35,947 bases of DNA from Candidatus Thalassarchaeaceae archaeon (GCA_030754395.1 JASMAJ010000001.1:1-35947), one strand, 5' to 3'; positions 1-8,292 are shown, counted from the stretch's first letter. Notes: a model not told the origin generated them from the letters alone. Made by a program: numbers and translations.

Positions 1-1
1 A

Positions 2-1813
2 GATAATCAAGGATGTCCAATGCTTTTCGATACAAATTTCCTTGGTGCCCCAACCGAATTCACAATTACTTTACATCTCTCTGATGGTGTAAATTCTGAT
101 GTCACATGGCGATTTAATGTTAGACTTTTCAACGAAGTTCCGGTTGCCGAATTTGATGTACTAAGAGCAAATGATTTCTCATCATCCGCTGTTACTTTAG
201 ATGGGACGATGGTCACAGATCCCGAAGGTGATGAAATTAGATTTGAATTTTGGAGTGACATAGATGGTCTCCTCATTTCAAGCTATACTCCAGATGAAAG
301 CGTTGAATGGAATGGATGGTTGAGTAAGGGATTACACACAATAACGATGTTTGCAAGCGATGATTTATCCAACCATCAAAACTCTTGGACTTCAAGTGAG
401 ATGATAATTAGTGTCAACAATTCTGAGCCAGTAGCGCTAATCTCTGAACCTTTCAATAATACTCAAACTGATTCTGGGACGTTAATTCGATTTGATGCAA
501 CTGGCTCAGGAGATTGGGATGTATCGTGTACAGAAATACCAGACAATGGTAGTGGATTCATTTGTAATCCAACTTCTACAATTAGTAGAGATCTTGTTAG
601 TGTTATTTGGGAAAGTGATAGCCTGAGTGAACCTTTTGCTAGTGGCTGGGTTGTAGAGGAAAGATTGCCTAAAGGAATTCATAATATCACATTGACAATT
701 GATGATGGTTCAGGTCAGCCTTCTTCTGATTCAATCACTCTGCAAGTCGATGAGGCAGCTCCGGTTCTGATTCTTGCCTCTCCAGTTCCAGATGCCCAAG
801 AATTATCTAATTCTCCAGTGCTCTTTGATTTCCGTGATTCATTTGATCCAGAGGGAGATTCGTTCACAGTTACGGTCAGTTCAAATCTAATGTCTACTCT
901 TATTCTTAAAGATAAGACGACAGAGAGCTTGTTCACTGAATATATACCTCATGGAGAACATGAATTAACCTTTGAATTACGAGATTCAACAGGTAGAGTT
1001 AGTACTTACACTCAGATGCTTACTGTAATGCAGACTGGACCAATTGCTGAAATCAATGGTCTTCTGGATGGACAGTACGTTCCTCCTGGAACTAAGATTA
1101 CTCTCGATGCATCAACATCCTACGATTATGATGACGATATTGTACTTTACCAATGGTTTTCTAATTCTGTAAATTTACTTGGAGATAAGCAAATTATTGA
1201 AGTTATGTTTGAACCAGGGATAACTAGAGTTGATCTATTAGTCAAAGACTCCAGAGGAATCATCTCTACAGCCTCGATAAACCTAACTATTGGCTCTTCA
1301 TCACCATCAATATCTGATTTACAAATTGTTCCAGATTTCATTTATTCTGATGAACCAACTTCGATGTTAATCACTGTTGTTCTAGATGATCCTGATGGGA
1401 CAACTCAAACAATTAGTGGATTGATGGCTTCTGGAGGAGATGAGATGAGTCTTGAATTCCATGATGATGGATTGGAAGGAGATGAAACTGCTGGAGATAA
1501 TATCTGGACATATCGTGGCTTATGGCTTTTATCTGATAGCAAATGGGCTCATGTTGAGGTTTGGGCAATTGATGGAGAAATGGTTAGTCCTTTGTTGATA
1601 GAGAATGTGAATATTGTTGAGCCGGAAAATAACAATCTGATATCATGGATTTCAGGGAGTGGATTACCATTTTTCATCTTACTATTAGTTCTAGTCTCAC
1701 TTATCGGAGTGACTGTCCAGAAGCAGCGAATGGACTCAATAAAGAGAGACATAGAGATGATTGAATCCTGGTCTGCTTTTGATATTAGAGATCTTGATGA
1801 CGAAAATAATTAA
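2..1813 (+). CDS. Cell-surface protein with at least 4 PKD/Ig-like repeats and a C-terminal TM anchor; 5' end lies outside the window
   Basis: The frame is open from nt 2 to the first Met at 20, so the ORF is N-terminally truncated by the window edge. Four ~90-aa repeats share the pattern N-x-x-P-V/I-A ... DPEGD (or DYDDD) ... G-x-H-x-I/L-T, typical of PKD-like beta-sandwich repeats. There are many N-x-S/T sequons. The C-terminal region has LPFFILLLVLVSLIGVTV followed by QKQR and a 31-aa acidic tail. Confidence 0.7.
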   Translation, partial: DNQGCPMLFDTNFLGAPTEFTITLHLSDGVNSDVTWRFNVRLFNEVPVAEFDVLRANDFSSSAVTLDGTMVTDPEGDEIRFEFWSDIDGLLISSYTPDESVEWNGWLSKGLHTITMFASDDLSNHQNSWTSSEMIISVNNSEPVALISEPFNNTQTDSGTLIRFDATGSGDWDVSCTEIPDNGSGFICNPTSTISRDLVSVIWESDSLSEPFASGWVVEERLPKGIHNITLTIDDGSGQPSSDSITLQVDEAAPVLILASPVPDAQELSNSPVLFDFRDSFDPEGDSFTVTVSSNLMSTLILKDKTTESLFTEYIPHGEHELTFELRDSTGRVSTYTQMLTVMQTGPIAEINGLLDGQYVPPGTKITLDASTSYDYDDDIVLYQWFSNSVNLLGDKQIIEVMFEPGITRVDLLVKDSRGIISTASINLTIGSSSPSISDLQIVPDFIYSDEPTSMLITVVLDDPDGTTQTISGLMASGGDEMSLEFHDDGLEGDETAGDNIWTYRGLWLLSDSKWAHVEVWAIDGEMVSPLLIENVNIVEPENNNLISWISGSGLPFFILLLVLVSLIGVTVQKQRMDSIKRDIEMIESWSAFDIRDLDDENN

Positions 1814-1834
1814 TTTTTCTAACTGAGATAATTG

Positions 1835-1903
1835 GCGCCCTGTGTCCCACAGCAGTAGGACACAGGACGCGCATTGTGTTTGCGTCGCTGGGTAAACCCA
1901 GCG
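1835..1903. terminator. GC-rich double stem-loop between convergent genes (candidate bidirectional terminator or structured RNA)
   Basis: CCTGTGTCC (1839-1847) is the exact reverse complement of GGACACAGG (1858-1866), and the stem is extended by GCG/CGC (1835-1837 / 1868-1870). CGCTGGGT (1886-1893) is the exact reverse complement of ACCCAGCG (1896-1903). The element lies in the 103-nt gap between the stops at 1813 (+) and 1917 (-). Confidence 0.4.
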
Positions 1904-1916
1904 TCATGGAAGTCGC

Positions 1917-2552
1917 CTAGCAGCGCTCGCAAGTACTACCCCAGAGATAATCTGCGAGGAGAACTAGATCCAACACGTTGACCGAATGGTCTCCGTTAAT
2001 GTCTGCTCCCTGCATCGACTCAAGTGAATCCTCGTATCCGAGAATATACTGCGTCATCTCGATGAAATCACCGATATCGACGCTACCGTCGTCGTTGGCG
2101 TCACCGCGAAGCACTCGTACTGATTCCTCGAAGCAAACCACTAATTCTGGTTCACTATCCTTGGTTGCAGCCTTGGTTTTCGAGCTATCTATAGATTGAG
2201 GACCAGTTTCAAACTCATCCTCGCCCCATAGATAATCGGCCAGAAGTACTAGATCTACAACATCAACCGATCTATCCTGGTTGATGTCAGCTTGTACCAT
2301 AGAGGCAGGTTCTCTGCCATATCCGGCGATGTACTGTGCCATCACGATGAAGTCACCGAGATCTACGGTTCCATCGTTATTTGCGTCACCACGAAGATGT
2401 CGCGCAACAATGGGGTCGATCTCAGTCAACTCACCATCCATGTCGTTCGTCGTTTCAACGTCTCCGATGTCCTCACCGGAGACGAGGCCTGCTGTGCCGG
2501 CCAAAAATATCAGCGCGGCGATTGTTAGGTCCATGTGTTTGGCCATAATCAA
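1917..2552 (-). CDS. Secreted protein consisting of two tandem dockerin (type I-like) modules
   Basis: The N-terminus is signal-like (MIMAKHMDLTIAALIFLAGTAGLVSG). Two 57-aa modules (aa 54-110 and 149-205) are 40/57 identical. Each holds two Ca-loop plus helix segments (GDANNDGTVDLGDF / ADINQDRSVDVVDLVLLADYLWG), the duplicated EF-hand-like dockerin signature. No other domain is present. Confidence 0.8.
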   Translation of the reverse strand: MIMAKHMDLTIAALIFLAGTAGLVSGEDIGDVETTNDMDGELTEIDPIVARHLRGDANNDGTVDLGDFIVMAQYIAGYGREPASMVQADINQDRSVDVVDLVLLADYLWGEDEFETGPQSIDSSKTKAATKDSEPELVVCFEESVRVLRGDANDDGSVDIGDFIEMTQYILGYEDSLESMQGADINGDHSVNVLDLVLLADYLWGSTCERC

Positions 2553-2733
2553 GGACCATCGATGTTCTAGACATAAGTAACTTGGTTAGTTGATTGGACA
2601 AATTGATACGCCAAGATGGCAAAATTATGTTGATTTAATACAAACAAGATGTAGGCTGAGTCATTCATAGATGAGAGGGTAAATCGCTGCCCTCAGGGGC
2701 AAGTTAATGCCCGTTGGGTGTTATGGGTTAATC

Positions 2734-3765
2734 ATGGGAAAGTCCCTTGTAGTCCACTTACAGACTATCATGATTGGTCTATGCTTAGTATTCCCTGGAT
2801 GTTTAGCGACTGATGATTATGACCCTGAGGCAGATGATGATGGAGACGGTCTTCCAAACGGTTGGGAGGTAGAAAGAGGTCTTGACCCATCCAATCCAGA
2901 AGATGGGATAGTTTGCAACGACCTAGCTGAGTATTGCCTTCGTTCTTATGATAACTTCACATTCGCAGAGACACACAATTCATTCTCCACATACGAGAAT
3001 GGAGTGTGGATGGCTGTCAACCACTACACAGCCTTGCAGGCCCAGTGGGATGGTGGAATTAGAGCCTACATGCTAGACGTTCATCATTTATCGAAGCAGG
3101 ATACGGAACCAGATGATGTTAGATTCTGTCATGGTGACCCTGATTCTACTCTTTTCTATCCATGCACATACTCCGAAGTTGACGCATTTACTTGGCTAAG
3201 TGATTTAGGATCGTTGATGAATAATAGTAGTGGTGATGTGGTGACTTTGCTCCTTGAGAATTACGTTCCTGGAGAACACGTTGAATACCTTTTCAACAAG
3301 ACTGGAATGATGGACAGAGCATATGTGCATGAGCCGGGTGAACCATGGCCTAGTCTAGGTGAGTTGGTCCTAAATGGAACCGACTTGGTAATTTATTGGG
3401 ACTACGGTTACGACGAGAGATATCCTTGGCTTCATCACGCATGGACTCACAGCTGGGACACACCTTATGGAGAGCAGGAACAAACGGACATGTCCTGCAG
3501 AGTTGGAAGAGGTGATATCGAGCAGCCAGTTTGGCACATGAATAACTGGCTCAGCAGTATCTATGGTCTTGCAGATCCAGTTAGATCCAGTGATGTCAAC
3601 GATTACGAAACTCTTCTGAATCGCGCCTTGTTTTGCTGGGAGTTCGTGGGTAATAGACCAACTTTCATTGCTGTTGATTATTGGGAAGATGGTGAAATCA
3701 CTAATGTTACAATCACGTTGAACAAAATGTCACACTGGACCGACGAAGTACCACCTCATCCATAA
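2734..3765 (+). CDS. Putative lipoprotein of the PLC-like phosphodiesterase superfamily (PI-PLC X-domain-like) with an N-terminal TSP3-like acidic motif
   Basis: The signal is MGKSLVVHLQTIMIGLCLVFPGC, with a lipobox-like Cys. Next comes DDDGDGLPNGWEVERGLDPSNPEDG. The motifs FAETHNSFS and FIAVDYWEDGE resemble the THNS(F/Y) and C-terminal motifs of bacterial/plant PI-PLC-X-like proteins, recalled from memory. The start may instead be the ATG at 2707. Confidence 0.6.
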   Translation: MGKSLVVHLQTIMIGLCLVFPGCLATDDYDPEADDDGDGLPNGWEVERGLDPSNPEDGIVCNDLAEYCLRSYDNFTFAETHNSFSTYENGVWMAVNHYTALQAQWDGGIRAYMLDVHHLSKQDTEPDDVRFCHGDPDSTLFYPCTYSEVDAFTWLSDLGSLMNNSSGDVVTLLLENYVPGEHVEYLFNKTGMMDRAYVHEPGEPWPSLGELVLNGTDLVIYWDYGYDERYPWLHHAWTHSWDTPYGEQEQTDMSCRVGRGDIEQPVWHMNNWLSSIYGLADPVRSSDVNDYETLLNRALFCWEFVGNRPTFIAVDYWEDGEITNVTITLNKMSHWTDEVPPHP

Positions 3766-3792
3766 AATCGGAATCAATGGATACCCTGTGAT

Positions 3793-3993
3793 TTACTCCT
3801 CCTTATTCGTATACTTGTCCTCTTCATCATTCTCGAAAGGATACTTGCTGCCATCTTGGTTGTGCCAAAGCATGTCTACCTTTACCCAAGCCCCTGACCA
3901 CCCGAATCTTATCCAAAGATAAAGGAAATAGAGGATAGGTAGAAAGCACCCTGCAATAGATAGAAAATCGAGTACATCAAGAACCATACTCAT
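3793..3993 (-). CDS. Small hypothetical membrane protein (66 aa)
   Basis: ATG start, one clear hydrophobic helix (FLSIAGCFLPILYFLYLWI) and an acidic C-terminus. It fills an otherwise empty gap. No family was recognised. Confidence 0.4.
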   Translation of the reverse strand: MSMVLDVLDFLSIAGCFLPILYFLYLWIRFGWSGAWVKVDMLWHNQDGSKYPFENDEEDKYTNKEE

Positions 3994-4127
3994 ACAATTG
4001 AGAGAGTGCCCTTCTCTATGATATTTTTTGTATACTCAAAAATTCAAATCCACTAATTTTTTGTGAATGATGCAAGACCGACTCAAGAAGCCAAGTCACT
4101 TATCATGCAGATGACGATGATTGGGGT

Positions 4128-4331
4128 TTGATGCACCGGAATGCGGACATACACTTTGCCGCCCTGATCTTCATGGTTGGGGCAGGCGGTCTCGCCTCCG
4201 TCCTGGAGGTGGGAATAGCTGAACAAACGAAAGCCGAGGAACTTGGGGAGGATGACACAGAAAATCCAGCTCCATCGCCATGGTTTAGCAACCCGAACCC
4301 CGGATTTCAAACGATTACCGTACATGCATAA
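4128..4331 (+). CDS. Small ORF (67 aa) with an N-terminal leader paralogous to that of the dockerin protein
   Basis: DIHFAALIFMVGAGGLASVLEVGIAEQT aligns without gaps to DLTIAALIFLAGTAGLVSGEDIGDVETT of the 1917-2552 product (13/28 identical, 44/72 nt identical). The rest is acidic and Pro-rich. The ORF ends 62 nt before the beta-propeller gene start. It could be a gene remnant. Confidence 0.45.
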   Translation: MMHRNADIHFAALIFMVGAGGLASVLEVGIAEQTKAEELGEDDTENPAPSPWFSNPNPGFQTITVHA

Positions 4332-4393
4332 GGGAAATATTGTCAAATCATATTACCAAGTTATTGATATCCAGAGTATCATTCGGTTTAGAC

Positions 4394-6793
4394 ATGGAAC
4401 GAACCCAAACGGCGACTTTGCTCGTACTCACTATGATGCTGACATCTGGTTGTTTAGCAGCAATTGATGATATAGTGGAAGAAATTGACGATACAATCGA
4501 TATCGTAATTGGTGATTATCCTCAAATCGATTTGCCGGAACGAGTTCGTGGTGAAAATGCTGTACTGGAAGAATATGATGACTGCGACACTTTACTGGAT
4601 GATCTCAAAGATTCTCTACAAAATGAAATGTTGGTTCGACTAGATCAAGAATCCTACTATCACTGGATTGGTGGCGGATGGATGTGGATGGATGATGATA
4701 TTGCTTTCGCTGAGGACGGCGCTACTGGAACTACTGCAGAAAGTGACGGCGGGAATTCAGCCTCTCGGGAAGGCGAGTACTCAGGAACTAATAATCAGGA
4801 AGCAGGTGTAGATGAGGCTGACTTCCTGAAGACAGATGGATATCACATCTACATGTTGAATGGAAATCTTTTGGTAATCATGGGAGTTCCTGAGTTTGGT
4901 GAATTGACTCTTGAGTCAAACCTAACTCTACAAGGCTATCCAATGCAGATGATGATTGATGGAGATCGGATAGTCATTGCATCAACGATTAACGCTTGGA
5001 GCCTTGATGAAAATGATCCTCTCCGTTCCGAATTGATGGAAGAGGTACAATGGGGTGAAGGAGACAATGTCTACACTTACTACCGGGTTCAGAACTTGGT
5101 CAAGTATACCGTTGTAGATATTACTGACCGCGCAGATCCTCAAGTAGAGCGTGAGTTGTACATTGAAGGAAACTATCACACTGCAAGGATGGTTGATGGT
5201 ACTGTTCGTTCGGTAACTCACAACTATGCAAACTTTGACGGTCTACGATACTGGGTTGACCTTCCATCTGACTACTGGTCTATCGAAGATGAGGATGAAA
5301 GGATGGCAGCATGGTCTTTCCATCTTAATGAGACAATCAACAATAATCTCCTAGTCATCGACTCTTTGACAATGGATGATTTTGCTCCTCACATTTACGA
5401 AATGACCTCTGCAGGTTTTATTTCACACTCATCCACTTCAAACGACTGCTCGGAGTTTGCTGCCAGTACTGACAGTGTTGCACGTGGCTTCACTTCGATA
5501 ATGACAATTGAGATGCTTTCTGAAGATATACAAGTTGAAGTTGATCATATAGCATCTTCTTGGGCTCATGTTTATGCTTCTCAAGATGTACTAATTCTCG
5601 CTGAGCCTGCCAATGATTGGTGGTGGTTCTGGAGAAACACAGAATTTGAGGATGCTACAAATATCCATGCTTTCGACATCAGCCAAGCTGGTTCGACCAC
5701 GTATGTTGCCTCAGGTCGTGTGGCTGGAACGGTTCAAGACCAATTTTCTCTTTCTGAGAGTAATGGAGTAATCCGTGTTGCTACAACTGAAGACATGTGG
5801 GGCCGATGGTGGATGGATACCGATAATTGGACTGGGCCAACTAATAATGTGTTCACACTTGAGGCATTTGAATGCATGATTCCTGAAGGCTGTGAAGATG
5901 ACTTCGCAGAACTACAACAGATAGGTCATATTGGAGATATAGCCGAGGGTGAGAGAATTTGGAGCGCTCGATTCATGGGTGACCGCGCATATCTTGTAAC
6001 ATTCGAAAACATGGACCCGCTCTGGGTCATTGATTTGTCCGACCCGACCAATCCAACAATTCTAGGAGAGTTGGAAATCCCTGGTGTGTCAACTTACATT
6101 CATCCAGTAGACGAAGATACACTACTAACCATAGGAATTGGTGGCGGTGAGGACGGATTAGGCCTAGATTGGTCTGTGACTCAGATATCTCTGTTTGACG
6201 TCAGCGATCCAACCAATCCTACCCTTGCAGATACATTGCCTCTTTCCCCTGCGTACACAGATGAGAACTGTGAAAGTGTACGCAGTTGTGGTTGGTCTTG
6301 GTCCTGGTCAGAAGCGACCTACGAGCATAAGGCATTCACCTACTGGGCACCTGACAATTTACTCGCAGTACCTCTATCTACTCAGAGATACACCTACGAT
6401 GAAATAATCGAAAATGGTGTTACCTACACTCACTATGGCTACGAATATGTCTCTATGCTGAAGTTGATTGAGGTTGATACAGAGAATCTGACTCTCTCTC
6501 TCCATGGTGATGTGAACCATTCAAGCTTTTACAACAACGAAAATGGCTTGTCTGATTGGTGGTATGGTAGCACAACCAGTATCCGCCGTTCAATCTTCAT
6601 GGGAGACTATGTCTATGCCTTCTCTGCTCTTGGTGCCACAGTCCATCTAACCGATGACTTAACTCCAATCGTTGAGTTGGAGATTCCAGGTCAAGAGATT
6701 TCAGAAAATTACTATGATGACGAAGTCGAGGTAGCCGACTCTGAAGAATCTGAATCACCATCGGGTGATGGAACAGAACCTGAAGAGTCTTGA
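4394..6793 (+). CDS. Secreted beta-propeller domain lipoprotein (COG4880 / Beta_propel-like)
   Basis: MERTQTATLLVLTMMLTSGC is a signal peptide with a lipobox (LTSGC). The motif NNQEAGVDEADFLKTDGYHIYMLNGNLLVI matches the conserved N-terminal motif of the archaeal/bacterial 'beta propeller domain' family, recalled from memory. The C-terminal tail is acidic. The track start at 4340 adds 18 non-signal residues. Confidence 0.8.
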   Translation: MERTQTATLLVLTMMLTSGCLAAIDDIVEEIDDTIDIVIGDYPQIDLPERVRGENAVLEEYDDCDTLLDDLKDSLQNEMLVRLDQESYYHWIGGGWMWMDDDIAFAEDGATGTTAESDGGNSASREGEYSGTNNQEAGVDEADFLKTDGYHIYMLNGNLLVIMGVPEFGELTLESNLTLQGYPMQMMIDGDRIVIASTINAWSLDENDPLRSELMEEVQWGEGDNVYTYYRVQNLVKYTVVDITDRADPQVERELYIEGNYHTARMVDGTVRSVTHNYANFDGLRYWVDLPSDYWSIEDEDERMAAWSFHLNETINNNLLVIDSLTMDDFAPHIYEMTSAGFISHSSTSNDCSEFAASTDSVARGFTSIMTIEMLSEDIQVEVDHIASSWAHVYASQDVLILAEPANDWWWFWRNTEFEDATNIHAFDISQAGSTTYVASGRVAGTVQDQFSLSESNGVIRVATTEDMWGRWWMDTDNWTGPTNNVFTLEAFECMIPEGCEDDFAELQQIGHIGDIAEGERIWSARFMGDRAYLVTFENMDPLWVIDLSDPTNPTILGELEIPGVSTYIHPVDEDTLLTIGIGGGEDGLGLDWSVTQISLFDVSDPTNPTLADTLPLSPAYTDENCESVRSCGWSWSWSEATYEHKAFTYWAPDNLLAVPLSTQRYTYDEIIENGVTYTHYGYEYVSMLKLIEVDTENLTLSLHGDVNHSSFYNNENGLSDWWYGSTTSIRRSIFMGDYVYAFSALGATVHLTDDLTPIVELEIPGQEISENYYDDEVEVADSEESESPSGDGTEPEES

Positions 6794-6807
6794 GAAATTG
6801 CTTAGGA

Positions 6808-8181
6808 TTATCTGAACCTTAGAGACCGTCCTGCACTTCCTGCAGATGCTACGTCTGTGCCTCTTAGAGGACCATCTCTGTGTCTTTGGTGAACAACCTG
6901 TCCATCAACAATCGTATAGATTGGCCAACCAGTAAGTTCGCATCCTGCGAACGGTGTCCATCCAACTCGAGTCCAAGTGTCTGAGTCTTCGATGACTCGT
7001 CTTGTCTCCATGTCAATTAGTACGAGGTCAGCGTCGTAGCCCTCAGCGAGTCTGCCTTTGCCTTCCATTCCGTAGACATTGGCAGGTCCTTCACACATCC
7101 AACGCGCTACATCTGTAACTGAGCACATGCCTTCTGAAGCATGTGTTAGCATGCATGGTAGAGAGGTTTCAACACCTGGCATTCCCGAGTGTGCCTTTGG
7201 AAATCCTAGGTTTTTATTTTCTAGTGTGTGTGGAGCGTGATCGGTGGCTATACAATCAATCGTTCCATCTTTCAGTCGCTTCCACAAAGTGTCACGGTCG
7301 TGTGAGTAGCGAATTGGAGGATTCATCTTCAGCCGAGTACCAATGCGTTCGACATCGGTATCATCGAATGTGAGGTGTTGTGGACAAGTCTCAGTGGTAA
7401 TTAGGTCACCTTTGTTTGAAGCCAACCAATCCGCTTCTATACCACTAGTAAGATGTAGAACGTGTAATCTGTGGTCATGATCTTTGGCAAGTGCAGAAGC
7501 TCTCTGAGTTGCCATTAGTGCACAGGTCTCGTCTCTCCATTCGGCATGAGCCGCGATATCAGTCCTATGTTTGAATTCGGGCCAGCGCTCATTCAGACGG
7601 TCTTCATCTTCAGCATGTGTTGCGATTATTCCACCAGTATTGGCAAATATATTCTCAAGATGTTTTTGTTGATGAACAAGAAGATCACCCGTACTGCTAC
7701 CCATGAAGACCTTGATTCCACAAATTCCATCAGTTGGTGAAGGGTTATCGGGAGTCCCTACTGCATCTTGCAAATCACTGACATTGTTCGGTGTTGCTCC
7801 GATAAAGAAGCCGTGATGTGTTACTGCATTACGAGCAGCAGAATCAATCTTTGATTGCATTGCCTTCAATGTGGTAGCAGCAGGGAAATTATTTGGCATA
7901 TCTAAGAAAGCAGTAACTCCTCCTGCAGCGGCAGCACGACTTCCACTGCCAATATCTTCTTTCTCAGGCTGTCCTGGTTCTCTGAAGTGTACTTGTGGGT
8001 CAATTGCTCCAGGCAATAGGACCAATCCTTCAGCATCAATAATGACTTCGCCAGAATCTGCAGAAAGCCCTCCCCCTTCTGCAATTGTGCTAATTGTATT
8101 GCCTACAACTCTTAGGTCACCATCAACGATACGACCACCGATTACCATCGATGAATTCTGAATCAACATTCGATGGCTCAT
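6808..8181 (-). CDS. pyrC: Dihydroorotase (cyclic amidohydrolase superfamily)
   Basis: Motifs DPQVHFREPG (HxH metal site), IKVFMGSSTGDLLV, HAEDE, HVLHLTS and DHAPH; 457 aa; ATG start. Allantoinase or dihydropyrimidinase cannot be fully excluded without a search. Confidence 0.8.
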   Translation of the reverse strand: MSHRMLIQNSSMVIGGRIVDGDLRVVGNTISTIAEGGGLSADSGEVIIDAEGLVLLPGAIDPQVHFREPGQPEKEDIGSGSRAAAAGGVTAFLDMPNNFPAATTLKAMQSKIDSAARNAVTHHGFFIGATPNNVSDLQDAVGTPDNPSPTDGICGIKVFMGSSTGDLLVHQQKHLENIFANTGGIIATHAEDEDRLNERWPEFKHRTDIAAHAEWRDETCALMATQRASALAKDHDHRLHVLHLTSGIEADWLASNKGDLITTETCPQHLTFDDTDVERIGTRLKMNPPIRYSHDRDTLWKRLKDGTIDCIATDHAPHTLENKNLGFPKAHSGMPGVETSLPCMLTHASEGMCSVTDVARWMCEGPANVYGMEGKGRLAEGYDADLVLIDMETRRVIEDSDTWTRVGWTPFAGCELTGWPIYTIVDGQVVHQRHRDGPLRGTDVASAGSAGRSLRFR

Positions 8182-8263
8182 GTCCGCTCACTTTCTGCCG
8201 GGTAGCAGACTGCTCAAGACTGTTCTGCTTTGAAACTCATAGTGATTCTGTTATCCCGCGCTG

Positions 8264-8272
8264 TTCAAATAA
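8264..8272 (+). promoter_or_regulatory. Candidate archaeal TATA box for tRNA-Met
   Basis: TTCAAATAA is centred about 25 nt upstream of tRNA position 1 (8293). A near-identical TTGAAATAG sits at the same distance from tRNA-Gln. Confidence 0.35.
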
Positions 8273-8292
8273 CCGATGCCTTAGGGATGGCT

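Noticed and set aside
1661-1717. GLPFF followed by a hydrophobic helix in the PKD protein, as a possible PGF-CTERM/archaeosortase sorting signal.
   Set aside because: Sorting signals end a few basic residues after the helix. Here a 31-aa acidic tail follows, so a conventional TM anchor is more likely.
1917-2552. The higher GC of the dockerin gene (about 50-53% in sampled lines) as evidence for a horizontally acquired island.
   Set aside because: Sampled lines of housekeeping genes in the same window (pyrC, radA, parts of pepF) also reach 47-50% GC. The contrast is mainly with the AT-rich sampled line of the 2-1813 gene, so composition alone does not support HGT.
3-2557. The shared 11-mer ATAATCAAGGA at 3-13 and 2547-2557 as possible direct repeats flanking an inserted segment.
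   Set aside because: Many exact 11-mer pairs are expected by chance in 36 kb (roughly 10^2). Similarity does not extend beyond the 11-mer, and one copy is inside a coding region.
3994-4127. Near-palindromic A/T-rich TTTTTGTATACTCAAAAA in the divergent spacer as a specific operator.
   Set aside because: The palindrome is imperfect apart from the GTATAC core. It is most simply explained as bidirectional TATA/A-T-rich promoter DNA.
4083-4346. Two minus-strand ORFs (87 aa and 62 aa) overlapping the small plus-strand ORF at 4128-4331.
   Set aside because: GC-rich stretches lack stop codons in several frames. Only the plus-strand frame shows similarity to another protein in the window (the dockerin protein leader) and a sensible signal/TM layout.
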